The translations under genes were made by a program, and so were the position numbers. Below the pieces are notes generated by a model that was not told the DNA's origin, made no database searches, and was given only the letters and a program-made list of their open reading frames with translations. From assembly GCA_963663275.1 (NCBI GenBank), contig OY760183.1, forward strand, positions 2,080,001 through 2,144,000: DNA of 64,000 bases, in the 5' to 3' direction. This DNA is from Chloroflexota bacterium. GTDB lineage: Bacteria > Chloroflexota > UBA11872 > VXOZ01. This document shows, piece after piece, positions 28,494 through 37,442 of the stretch; positions within the stretch are counted from its first letter, which is position 1, and the number at the start of each line of letters is the position of its first letter.

Positions 28494-28845
28494 ATCCCGT
28501 CGAAGAGAGCGAGAGTGGCATTTCTACGTCAACGACATGATTGCGTGCTGCGAGAGAGTCTTGGCGTATACGGCTACCCTCGAACAGGCCGAATTTGTAG
28601 CCGATAGGCGCACCTATGACGCTGCGCTCTATAATGTTCTGCTCATTGGCGAGGCGGCCGCAAACCTTCCCGAATCTGTTCGCTCTGAGCACCGGGATGT
28701 CCCCTGGCGCGCACTGGTCGGTGCGCGCAACCGGATTGTCCATGGGCATTTCGCCGTTGACGACGATGTCATCTGGTCAATCATCCAGGACGCAATCCCT
28801 CTCTTGTTGCCGCAGTTGCGTGGGATCATCGATAAAGCGGAATAG
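28486..28845 (+). CDS. HEPN/DUF86 (HepT-like) RNase toxin
   Basis: IGEAA, VPWRALVGARNRIVHGHF (RX4H), VIW; overlaps mntA. Confidence 0.9.
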   Translation: MSESRRREREWHFYVNDMIACCERVLAYTATLEQAEFVADRRTYDAALYNVLLIGEAAANLPESVRSEHRDVPWRALVGARNRIVHGHFAVDDDVIWSIIQDAIPLLLPQLRGIIDKAE

Positions 28846-28860
28846 AGGCAGTCTGACACC

Positions 28861-31845
28861 ATGCCCAAGCGAAAGAAATCCGCCAGGTCCGTGGAGGCGC
28901 TGACGCACACGGAGGAGAGCCGCAAGAATCTGCCGAGCGCGGAGCATCAGCCGCTGCTGCGGGAGGAAGAGCGGAACCCGTATCCGGTGCACTATGAGCG
29001 GCGCAACCGGGATCTTGACCCGCAGCTTGTCTGGCGCGGCAAGGATGAGCAGGATCTCGCGGATCTCGTCGTCAACGTGCCGCCGCTGTATATCCAGGAG
29101 CGGGTGCACCCCAAGGCGCTGGTTGACGACTTGCGGCGGTATAGTGACCGGTTGCCGGTAGCCGGCGGCCGGTCGTCAGCGGCCGGTGGTCAGGATGCGG
29201 GGGAGCAGGTGGCGCAGGGCAGTTTCGCGGACTTCTTTGCCGACTTCAACGGGCTGCCGTCCCCGGCGGCGGCTACCGAGTTCTACCAGCACGACGCCAA
29301 CTGGTCGAACCGCATGATCCTGGGCGACTCCTTGCAGGTGATGGCCTCGCTGGCGGAGCGCGAGGGGCTGCGCGGCCAGGTGCAGTGCATCTACCTGGAC
29401 CCGCCCTACGGCATCAAGTTCAACTCCAACTTCCAGTGGTCTACCACCAGCCGCGACGTGAGGGACGGCAAACTGGACCACGTCACCCGCGAGCCGGAAC
29501 AGGTGAAGGCCTTCCGCGACACCTGGCGCGACGGCATCCACTCTTACCTGACCTACCTGCGCGACCGCCTCACCGTCGCCCGCGATCTGCTGACCGAATC
29601 CGGCTCGATCTTCGTGCAGATCGGCGACGAGAACGTGCACCGCGTGAGGGCGCTGATGGATGAGGTGTTTGGGGACGAGAGATTCGTCGCAAACATTGTC
29701 TTTCAGAAGACTTCCTACAAGACTTCGAATACGCTTCAGACTACCTTTGATCACATCTTGTGGTACGCGAAACGCCAAGACCATATCAAGGCGAGGCAAC
29801 TCTATTTCGCCAAGATACCTGGTGGCATCGGTGCTTCTGGCTACTCTCAAGTAGAGTTGTCGGACGGCAGAAGAGTTCGCGTCAATGACTCCTTGTCCTT
29901 GAGAGACTCTGAAGATTCAAAGGTATTTGAGCTCACGTCCTTGATATCTGGAGGCGGCTCCTCCAAAGAAAGCAAATTTGAGTTTGAGGGAGAGGGTTTC
30001 ACCCCTGGTCAAGGCCAGCACTGGAAGACAACTCTGCCTGGGATGCAACGCTTGGCACACGCGAATCGCGTAGTAAAGTCTGGAAATAGACCGCGCTTCG
30101 TTCACTATCTTTCGGACTATGCTGTTTCGCAACAGACTGACAATTGGCTTGACACAAGGCTGTCTAGTTTTGGAGACGAGAAGCAATACGTGGTTCAGAC
30201 TGGCACCAAAATTATTGAACGCTGCATCCTCATGACCACCGACGCCGGCGATCTGGTACTTGATCCTACGTGCGGTTCTGGCACAACGGCGTACGTTGCT
30301 GAGCAGTGGGGGCGGCGCTGGATTACGATAGACACGTCGCGGGTGGCGCTGGCGTTGGCGCGGGCGCGCATCATGGGGGCGCGCTACCCGTACTACCTGC
30401 TCGCCGACAGCCCGGCAGGGCAGGCCAAGGAAGCGGAACTCACCGACAGGGCGGCGTCGGAGGCCGATACCTACGGCAGGCTGCGCCAGGGCTTCGTTTA
30501 CGAGCGGGTGCCCCACATCACGCTGCGGGCCATCGCCAATAATGCCGAGATTGACGTGATCTGGGAAGAATACGAGGAAAAGCTGGCGCCGCTGCGCGAG
30601 CGGTTGTCAGAAGTCAGTGGCCAGTGGTCGGTGGCTAGTGGTCAGGAGGAACCGGCCACGGGCCGCCGACCACTGGAAGAGTGGGAAGTCCCCCGTGAAC
30701 GCCCTGGCGACTGGCCACCGGCCACTGACTCGCTGCTTGCCGCCTACTGGGAACTGCGCATCGCCCGCCAGCAGGAGATCGACGGCTCCATTGCCCGCAA
30801 CGCCGACTACGAATACCTCTACGACAAGCCCTACGAAGACCGCAGCAAAGTGCGCGTGGCGGGGCCGTTCACCGTAGAGAGCATCTCGCCCCACCGCGTG
30901 CTGGCCGTGGATGAAAACGACGAGTTCGTAGAGGGTGTAGCGGAACCGAAGGGCGAGTTCGGCGAGACCGTGGACTTTCCTTCGGTAATCCTCGATAACC
31001 TGCGCGCGTCCGGCGTGCAGCAAGCCCACAAAGAAGACCGCATCACGTTCACCTCCGTGACACCCTGGCCTGGCCGCATGGTCTGCGCGGAAGGAAGGTA
31101 TGAAGAAGTGGCTAGTGGGCAGGGGTCAGTTGCTAGTGAAGAGAGCGGCGAGGGGTCAGTGGCTAGTGGGGAAAGTGAAGAGCGTGGAGTGGGACTAGCC
31201 ACCGGTCACTCGCCACTGACCACTTCCCGTCGGGCGGCCATCTTCATCGGCCCCGAATTCGGCACGGTCTCCCGCGCCGACCTATTCGAGGCAGCAGTCG
31301 AGGCCGCCGACGGCCGCTTCGACGTGCTCATTTCCTGCGCTTTCAACTACGAGGCCCACACCACCGAATTTGAAAGTCTTGGCCGCGTGCCGGTGCTCAA
31401 AGCGCGCATGAACCCTGATCTCCACATGGCGGACGAGCTCAAGAACACCGGCAACGGCAATCTGTTCGTGATCTTTGGCGAACCCGACATTGACATCCTC
31501 GACGCCGACGACGGACAAATTAGGGTAAAGATCAACGGCGTTGATGTCTTCAATCCTAGCAGCGGAGACGTGCACAGCGATGATCCGAACCGTATCCCCT
31601 GCTGGTTCATTGACACCGACTACAACGAAGAGAGCTTCTTCGTGCGCCACGCCTATTTTCCCGGCACCAACAACGATCCGTACAAATCGTTGAAGACCAC
31701 GCTCAAAGCCGAGATCAACCGCGAAGTCTGGGAGACTTTGCGCAGCGACACGTCGCGCCCGTTCGACAGACCTGAATCGGGGCGCATCGCCGTGAAAGTT
31801 ATCAATCATTTGGGCGATGAGGTGATGAAGGTGTTTAGGGTGTAG
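28861..31845 (+). CDS. Type III-like Mod DNA methyltransferase (beta class, N6/N4) with long C-terminal extension
   Basis: NRMILGDSL, IYLDPPYG (motif IV), TRD, then VLDPTCGSGTTAYVAEQWGRRWITID (motif I); ends IAVKVINHLGDE. Confidence 0.92.
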   Translation: MPKRKKSARSVEALTHTEESRKNLPSAEHQPLLREEERNPYPVHYERRNRDLDPQLVWRGKDEQDLADLVVNVPPLYIQERVHPKALVDDLRRYSDRLPVAGGRSSAAGGQDAGEQVAQGSFADFFADFNGLPSPAAATEFYQHDANWSNRMILGDSLQVMASLAEREGLRGQVQCIYLDPPYGIKFNSNFQWSTTSRDVRDGKLDHVTREPEQVKAFRDTWRDGIHSYLTYLRDRLTVARDLLTESGSIFVQIGDENVHRVRALMDEVFGDERFVANIVFQKTSYKTSNTLQTTFDHILWYAKRQDHIKARQLYFAKIPGGIGASGYSQVELSDGRRVRVNDSLSLRDSEDSKVFELTSLISGGGSSKESKFEFEGEGFTPGQGQHWKTTLPGMQRLAHANRVVKSGNRPRFVHYLSDYAVSQQTDNWLDTRLSSFGDEKQYVVQTGTKIIERCILMTTDAGDLVLDPTCGSGTTAYVAEQWGRRWITIDTSRVALALARARIMGARYPYYLLADSPAGQAKEAELTDRAASEADTYGRLRQGFVYERVPHITLRAIANNAEIDVIWEEYEEKLAPLRERLSEVSGQWSVASGQEEPATGRRPLEEWEVPRERPGDWPPATDSLLAAYWELRIARQQEIDGSIARNADYEYLYDKPYEDRSKVRVAGPFTVESISPHRVLAVDENDEFVEGVAEPKGEFGETVDFPSVILDNLRASGVQQAHKEDRITFTSVTPWPGRMVCAEGRYEEVASGQGSVASEESGEGSVASGESEERGVGLATGHSPLTTSRRAAIFIGPEFGTVSRADLFEAAVEAADGRFDVLISCAFNYEAHTTEFESLGRVPVLKARMNPDLHMADELKNTGNGNLFVIFGEPDIDILDADDGQIRVKINGVDVFNPSSGDVHSDDPNRIPCWFIDTDYNEESFFVRHAYFPGTNNDPYKSLKTTLKAEINREVWETLRSDTSRPFDRPESGRIAVKVINHLGDEVMKVFRV
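29143..29191. repeat. Heptamer array inside mod (7 units)
   Basis: agtgacc ggttgcc ggtagcc ggcggcc ggtcgtc agcggcc ggtggtc. Confidence 0.75.
30602..30731. repeat. Heptamer array with inverted partners inside mod
   Basis: ggttgtc agaagtc agtggcc agtggtc ggtggct agtggtc ... ccggcca cgggccg ccgacca ctgg ... ctggcga ctggcca ccggcca ctgactc. Confidence 0.8.
31107..31223. repeat. Heptamer array with inverted partner inside mod
   Basis: agtggct agtgggc aggggtc agttgct ... aggggtc agtggct agtgggg ... ctagcca ccggtca ctcgcca ctgacca. Confidence 0.8.
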
Positions 31846-31853
31846 TTGCTACT

Positions 31854-33155
31854 CTAGCCACACCAGGAGACCATAGTGCGCGCGAAGATGCGGGTGAGGT
31901 CGATTAAGTCCTCCACGTAGATGTACTCGTTGGGGGCGTGGGCGTTGTCGCCGCCGACGCCGACGGTGACGACCGGGGTGGGGCTGTGCAGGTTGAAAAC
32001 GTAGCCGTCGGAGGCGAAGGGCGCGCCTTGGACGACGTATTCCCGGTCTGACGACGCGTACGCATCCTCCAGGTGGTTGAAGATAGGGTGCTCCGTGCTC
32101 GTTTCGCTGCCCGGCAGGAAGCGCAGTTCCAGTTCATATTCGGGGTACTCGCCGTCGAAGCCCTCGATGCCGTCGAGGTAGTTGTTGACGAACGTCTTGA
32201 CCTCGTTGACGTGTTCTTCCTCCGTGGTGCCGGGGTAGACCTCGCACCACATGTTGGCGTAGCAGGAGGGCGGCGCGGCGCCCTGGTCCTCGGCAAACGT
32301 GTCGCCGCCGCCGCCGATCTGCGAAACGTAGAGCGGCAGGCCCGGCTCGTGGGCGTAGAGCGTCGGGGTGGGAATCTCGCGATTGCGCTTGAGGTTGTAC
32401 TGCCGCAGCGCCTCGATGACCCAGGCGATCTTGTACGACGAACTCACCCGCTCCACGCCGCCCAGCGCCATGCCCGCCTCGCCCTGCACGGTTATCCTCC
32501 ACTGGCCCCCGCCGCGGGTGGCCGCCGCCACGTGCATGTTCGTCGGTTCGCAGTTGATGGCAATGTCGGCGTTGTAGCCTTTGAGGCGACAGGCCAGCGT
32601 GCCGTGTGAGCCGCCGAATTCTTCATCCGAGACGCTCTCGACGATGACATCGCCTTTCTGAGGCAGTCCAAGTTCGCGCAGGCAACGAATGGCAAAGAGC
32701 GCGGTGGCGATGCCGGCCTTGGTGTCGTAGGCGCCGCGGCCGTACATCTTGCCGTCGATGATGTCGGCGCTAAAGGGCGCAGCTTCCGTCCAGAGCGCCG
32801 GGTCGTCCGCGCCTACCGTGTCGATGTGACTTGACATAAGGATAGACTTGCCGCCGCCGGAGCCGCGAAAGACCCCGACGACGCACGGGCGGTCTTCCAG
32901 GTTGCGGGGCATGTCTCCCCATACCGGATGGTAGACGGGGTGCTCGGTAAGGCCGGGCACGTCAATCGGATCGAAAACGTCCACCTCCGCGCCGGCCTGG
33001 CGAAACGCCTGGGCCACGAATTCCTGCGCGGCGGCCTCGTGTCCCTCCGGCGGAAGCGATTCGGACGGGATCCGCACCAGTTGCTGCAGGAATTCCACGA
33101 GTTCCTCACTATGCTCTGCTACCCAGTTGTCGATTTGCTGCGCCGTGCCGGCCAT
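31854..33155 (-). CDS. M20/ArgE-DapE family metallo-deacylase/peptidase
   Basis: SSHIDTV, GRGAYDTKAG, SDEEFGG, CEPT, AHAPNEY. Confidence 0.9.
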   Translation of the reverse strand: MAGTAQQIDNWVAEHSEELVEFLQQLVRIPSESLPPEGHEAAAQEFVAQAFRQAGAEVDVFDPIDVPGLTEHPVYHPVWGDMPRNLEDRPCVVGVFRGSGGGKSILMSSHIDTVGADDPALWTEAAPFSADIIDGKMYGRGAYDTKAGIATALFAIRCLRELGLPQKGDVIVESVSDEEFGGSHGTLACRLKGYNADIAINCEPTNMHVAAATRGGGQWRITVQGEAGMALGGVERVSSSYKIAWVIEALRQYNLKRNREIPTPTLYAHEPGLPLYVSQIGGGGDTFAEDQGAAPPSCYANMWCEVYPGTTEEEHVNEVKTFVNNYLDGIEGFDGEYPEYELELRFLPGSETSTEHPIFNHLEDAYASSDREYVVQGAPFASDGYVFNLHSPTPVVTVGVGGDNAHAPNEYIYVEDLIDLTRIFARTMVSWCG

Positions 33156-33314
33156 TGGTTGTCTCCTTACGCTGTGCTGTCGTCATACGCGCTGCTCGCG
33201 CCGCCGCGGCCCGGACCGAGCGGCCCGGCCGCGCGCGGGCTGCGAGGAGCGCCGCGTGGTTCTATGGTATCGTATGGATACTACGTGTCAACGAAGAGGG
33301 AAGGTGAGGCGAAC

Positions 33315-34439
33315 ATGACGAGCGCGGCACAGGCGACAGATACGATGGCGGCTCCGGCGCTGGGCAAGCCGCTTACCATAGACGACCTCGATACGCCGGC
33401 CATGGTGGTGGACCTGGACCGCTTGCAGGCGAATATCAACGAATTGCAGAGCTATTGCGACGCCCACGGCCTGAACAACCGGCCCCACATCAAGACGCAC
33501 AAAGTTACCTACATCGCCAAGATGCAACTCGACGCCGGCGCTACCGGCATCGCGTGCCAGAAACTGGGCGAGGTGGAGGTGATGGTGGAGGCGGGCATCA
33601 CCGGCGACATCATGCTCTGCTACAACGTGATGGGCCGGCAGAAACTGGAGCGCCTGCGCGCGGTCTCGCAACTGACGGACATCACGCTCACGGTCGATTC
33701 GGAGTATACGGCGCGGGGGATTTCCGCCTTTGCCGACCCCAATCATCCGATCAACCTGGTGGTGGAACTCGCCATGCCGAATTTCGAACGCACCGGCGTG
33801 GCGACGAAAGAAGACGCCCTGGCGCTGGGTAAAGTCATCGACAAGCTGCCGGGCGTGCATTTTCGCGGTCTCATGATGTATCCCACGACGAAACCGGAAC
33901 AGCAAGAGGCGGCGGCCGCGGCGTGGGAGTACTTCAAGGAGCAGGGCCTGCCGCCGGAGATCGTCAGCGGCGGCGGCTCGGTGGACTTCCACGACCTGCA
34001 CCGGATTCCTCATGCGACCGAGGTGCGCGTCGGCACGTTCAACTACGGCGACCGCAATACCGTCGGCAACGGCGTGATGACCTACGAACAATGCGCCCAG
34101 CACTTCATTTGCACCGTCGTAAGCAAGCCGACGCCGGAGCGCGTCATCCTGGACGGCGGCACCAAGACGTTCACCAGCGATATGCCGCAGGTTGGCGATC
34201 CCCGCAGTGTGTTCTGCCACATTTTGGAGTACCCGGAAGCACGCATCTTCGCCCAGTCCGAGGAGCACGGCCACGTGGACGTGAGCCAATGCGCGCGCAC
34301 GCCGGAAATCGGCGAGCGGGTCTCCGTAATCCCCAACCACGCCTGCGGCGCGACCAACAACTTCGACGAGGTGGTGATGCACCGCAACGGCGAGGTGGTG
34401 GCAATCTGGCCGATCTGGGCGCGGGGGAAGATTCGCTAA
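33315..34439 (+). CDS. DSD1 / D-threonine aldolase family PLP-dependent enzyme
   Basis: LDTPAMVVDLD, RPHIKTHK, LDGGTK, SEEHG, IPNHAC. Confidence 0.9.
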   Translation: MTSAAQATDTMAAPALGKPLTIDDLDTPAMVVDLDRLQANINELQSYCDAHGLNNRPHIKTHKVTYIAKMQLDAGATGIACQKLGEVEVMVEAGITGDIMLCYNVMGRQKLERLRAVSQLTDITLTVDSEYTARGISAFADPNHPINLVVELAMPNFERTGVATKEDALALGKVIDKLPGVHFRGLMMYPTTKPEQQEAAAAAWEYFKEQGLPPEIVSGGGSVDFHDLHRIPHATEVRVGTFNYGDRNTVGNGVMTYEQCAQHFICTVVSKPTPERVILDGGTKTFTSDMPQVGDPRSVFCHILEYPEARIFAQSEEHGHVDVSQCARTPEIGERVSVIPNHACGATNNFDEVVMHRNGEVVAIWPIWARGKIR

Positions 34440-34446
34440 CTGGAAG

Positions 34447-34834
34447 TGTCACTCCGGCGGAAGCTAGAGTCTATCGGGGGAGACATTTGCATTACTCCGT
34501 CATTCCGGCGGAAGCCGGAATCCAGGGCGCTCCTACACCTAAAGATAGCATGAAGTCAACCCAGTTAACCTCCAACCCAACCTTCACCCTCAATGGGCTG
34601 ATAGGGTTATGTACTCCAAAATCGACTTCACTTGTCATTCCGAACGGAGCGCAGCGGAGAGAGGAATCTGATGCGCAGCCCCGCAAAACCAGCATCTCTA
34701 GATTCCGCGAACCCTGTTCGACGCTCCGCTCGGAATGACACTTACAGACCCCTGTCAGCCCTCAATGGGAAAGGGGCTATGCAAAAGTCTCCGTGGGTCG
34801 AGCGGATGGATTCCGGCTTGCGCCGGAATGACGG
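34447..34834. mobile_element. Nested composite: ATTCCGGC..GCCGGAAT doublet > MITE-A (34479-34792) > MITE-B (34596-34760) > GTCATTCCGA doublet
   Basis: ggagacatttgcat / atgcaaaagtctcc ends; ggctgatagg / cctgtcagcc ends with ctcaatg TSD; outer inverted pair at 34447-34473 and 34807-34834. Confidence 0.82.
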
Positions 34835-34892
34835 ACTCCGCTGACAATCTCCGTGTGAACAATGCGTTTGCAACGAAGGAAAGTATCGCTAA

Positions 34893-35918
34893 ATGGTCGT
34901 AGACAAGAACGTCGCCTACGCCGGGGGCTGGTACCCGCACCACAACGATCAAGACCTGGAAGAAATCAAGGCCGCCGGCTGCACCTCGATCAACATGACG
35001 CTGAACGAGAGCGACTGGTACGTCTTTCGCGCGGCCCGGGAGCGGATCGTGGCCAAGGCGCGGGAGTTGGGGCTCAAAGTCTACCTGAATTGGCACGGCT
35101 TTGGCGCGTTCGCCTCCTACATCCAGTCCACGCGCTATCTCCAGGAGAACCCGGACGCCGCACAGTATTTCTCAAACGGCGTTCGCTCCACGGAGGCGAT
35201 GGCGTGTCCGAACAACCCGGCATACGCCGCCTGGATGGAGGAACGGGCGCGGGAGATCATCGCGCACTTCCAGCCGGACGGCGTTTTCTGGGACGAACCG
35301 CACTTTTCCAGCGACAGCAACTTTCCCAACGTGTGGGCCTGCCGTTGCGCCTCATGCCAGGAGGGGTTTTCGCGCCGCTACAAGCGCGCCATGCCCACGC
35401 TGCTCGATGACGACGTGCGCCAATTTCGCCAGGATTCGCTGCTGGTCTTCCTGACGCGGCTCTTGCGCGTTGGCCGGGAGGTGAGCGGCGGCGAGAACGT
35501 GCTCTGCCTGATGCCGCTGGACGAGAGCGGCAACCATCCGGCCTCGGGTCCCGGCTGGTACGGCGTGGACGATTGGGAGCCGTTCGTCGCGGTGCCCGAG
35601 GTGGACGTGTTCTCCACCGATCCGTATTGGATCCATCGCCACGGCGGGGACTGGGACTACTTCACGCAAAACACCCGCAAGGCAATCGACCTATCGCACA
35701 AGTACCAAAAGCCCTGCCAGATCTGGGTGCAGTCCATCTGGATACCGCCCAACAAAGAACCCGAAGTCAAGCGCACTATCCTGGCCGCCGCCGAGATGGG
35801 CGCGGACATGCTGGCGGTGTGGTCGTTCCTGGGCGAACCGGGCGGCACGCTCTACGACTGGGGCGGCGATCCGGCGCTGGCGTGGCAGAACGTGGTAGAG
35901 GCGTACCGGCAATTGTAA
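34893..35918 (+). CDS. Putative TIM-barrel glycoside hydrolase (GH42-like/unclassified)
   Basis: CPNNPAY, PDGVFWDEPHF, CRCASC Cys cluster, FSTDPYW; upstream of a sulfatase. Confidence 0.6.
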   Translation: MVVDKNVAYAGGWYPHHNDQDLEEIKAAGCTSINMTLNESDWYVFRAARERIVAKARELGLKVYLNWHGFGAFASYIQSTRYLQENPDAAQYFSNGVRSTEAMACPNNPAYAAWMEERAREIIAHFQPDGVFWDEPHFSSDSNFPNVWACRCASCQEGFSRRYKRAMPTLLDDDVRQFRQDSLLVFLTRLLRVGREVSGGENVLCLMPLDESGNHPASGPGWYGVDDWEPFVAVPEVDVFSTDPYWIHRHGGDWDYFTQNTRKAIDLSHKYQKPCQIWVQSIWIPPNKEPEVKRTILAAAEMGADMLAVWSFLGEPGGTLYDWGGDPALAWQNVVEAYRQL

Positions 35919-35930
35919 GAGGGAGACGCC

Positions 35931-37412
35931 GTGGCCGCGGCCCAACCGAACATCCTGCTCATAACCACCGACCAGCAGCGTTACGACGCCTCCGGGGGCG
36001 CGGGTCCGTCATTTCTCCGCACGCCGCACTACGACCGCCTGCGGTATGAAGGTGTCGAGTTTACCAGCGGCTATACCGACGATCCGGTGTGCGTGCCCTC
36101 GCGCATGGGCATCATGACCGGCAAGCAGGTGTTTTCCCACGGCATGACCGGCAACGGCATTACGTCGCGGATTCTCGGTAGACAGGGCACGCTGCCGTGG
36201 TACCTGCGCGAGTTGGGTTACCAGACGATTGCCATCGGCAAGATGCACTTTGGGCCGGAGCGGGCGCGGCACGGCTTCGACGAGATGATCCTGCCGGACG
36301 ACTACTACCGGCAGATGCGGCACTCGGGCAACGACCTCCAACCCATGCGGCACGGCCTGGGACAGAACGAACTCTATCCGGGCATGGCCACCGTGCCGGA
36401 AGCCTTGACCCTGACCTCCTGGATTGCCGAGCAGTGCGTGCAGTATATTCACTTCCGCCGGGATCCGTCGGTGCCGTTCTTCCTGTGGTGCTCGTTCACC
36501 AAGCCGCACCCGCCGTTCGACCCGCCGGAGCCGTACTACTCGATGTACCGCCAAGAGGCGATCCCCGAACCGGCAATTGGCGATTGGCGCGATACGGACG
36601 AGTGTCCGCCGGCCTTCGCCAAGCAACAGAAGCGCCGTTCTTACGACATCCTGCCGCCGGAGGTCATTCGCGAGGCGCGGGCCGCCTACTACGGCTTGAT
36701 TACGCAGATCGACTACAACCTGGCGCGGGTGTACAGCGCGCTGGAAGACCTCCGGTTGTACCACGACACGCTCATCATCTATACCTCCGACCACGGCGAG
36801 TTTCTGGGCGACCACCGCGCCGGGGCCAAGAGCCACTTCCACGAGCCGTCGGCGCACGTGCCGTTCGCCATGCGCATGCCGAGCAACTGGGACAACCGCT
36901 GCCACGGCACGCGGGTTACGACGCCGGTTACCCATGCCGACATTCTGCCGACGCTGGTGCGCGCGGCCGGAGGCGAGCCGCCCGCGGACACCGACGGGCA
37001 AGACCTGGTGGCGGTGGCGCGGGGCGAGCACGATTCGCCGCGCCGCTACCTGGAAGGCATGAACGGGCCGGGCCCCACGGGCAAGGACCTGCGCCTGGAT
37101 TGCGTCTATCTGGCGATTACGGATGGACGGTGGAAGTACATCTGGTATCCGGAGGGTCCCGCCGAGCAACTCTTCGACGTGGAATCCGACCCGCAGGAGC
37201 GGCGCAACCTGGCTCATGCGCCTGAAGTCGCCGCCGTGAAGGAAGAACTGCGGGACGAACTCATGAGCCGGCAGCGGGAACGCGGCGGCGGCTACCTGGA
37301 GGATGGGGCGCTGCCGGAACGCCCCGCGCTGCACGTGCCCGAAAACGAGATGCGCAATCAAGGGCAGCCCGGCGCGCATACGGAATACTGGCCGATAGAC
37401 GTACGGCACTGA
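35931..37412 (+). CDS. Sulfatase (Cys-type, formylglycine-dependent)
   Basis: PNILLITTDQQR, CVPSR (CxPxR), IGKMH, KPHPP, TSDHGE. Confidence 0.93.
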   Translation: MAAAQPNILLITTDQQRYDASGGAGPSFLRTPHYDRLRYEGVEFTSGYTDDPVCVPSRMGIMTGKQVFSHGMTGNGITSRILGRQGTLPWYLRELGYQTIAIGKMHFGPERARHGFDEMILPDDYYRQMRHSGNDLQPMRHGLGQNELYPGMATVPEALTLTSWIAEQCVQYIHFRRDPSVPFFLWCSFTKPHPPFDPPEPYYSMYRQEAIPEPAIGDWRDTDECPPAFAKQQKRRSYDILPPEVIREARAAYYGLITQIDYNLARVYSALEDLRLYHDTLIIYTSDHGEFLGDHRAGAKSHFHEPSAHVPFAMRMPSNWDNRCHGTRVTTPVTHADILPTLVRAAGGEPPADTDGQDLVAVARGEHDSPRRYLEGMNGPGPTGKDLRLDCVYLAITDGRWKYIWYPEGPAEQLFDVESDPQERRNLAHAPEVAAVKEELRDELMSRQRERGGGYLEDGALPERPALHVPENEMRNQGQPGAHTEYWPIDVRH

Positions 37413-37442
37413 GGGCTTGCACAAGGCGCAAGGGTGAGGACT

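Noticed and set aside
29143-31223. Classical phase-variable SSR (phasevarion) in mod
   Set aside because: The units are too degenerate for efficient slipped-strand mispairing; kept instead as the heptamer-insertion finding.
32928-33314. Long N-terminal extensions given by the ORF track (also for ddl, eno, MBL, SBP, prs)
   Set aside because: They overlap neighbouring genes or repeats; downstream starts fit the RBS and family N-termini better.
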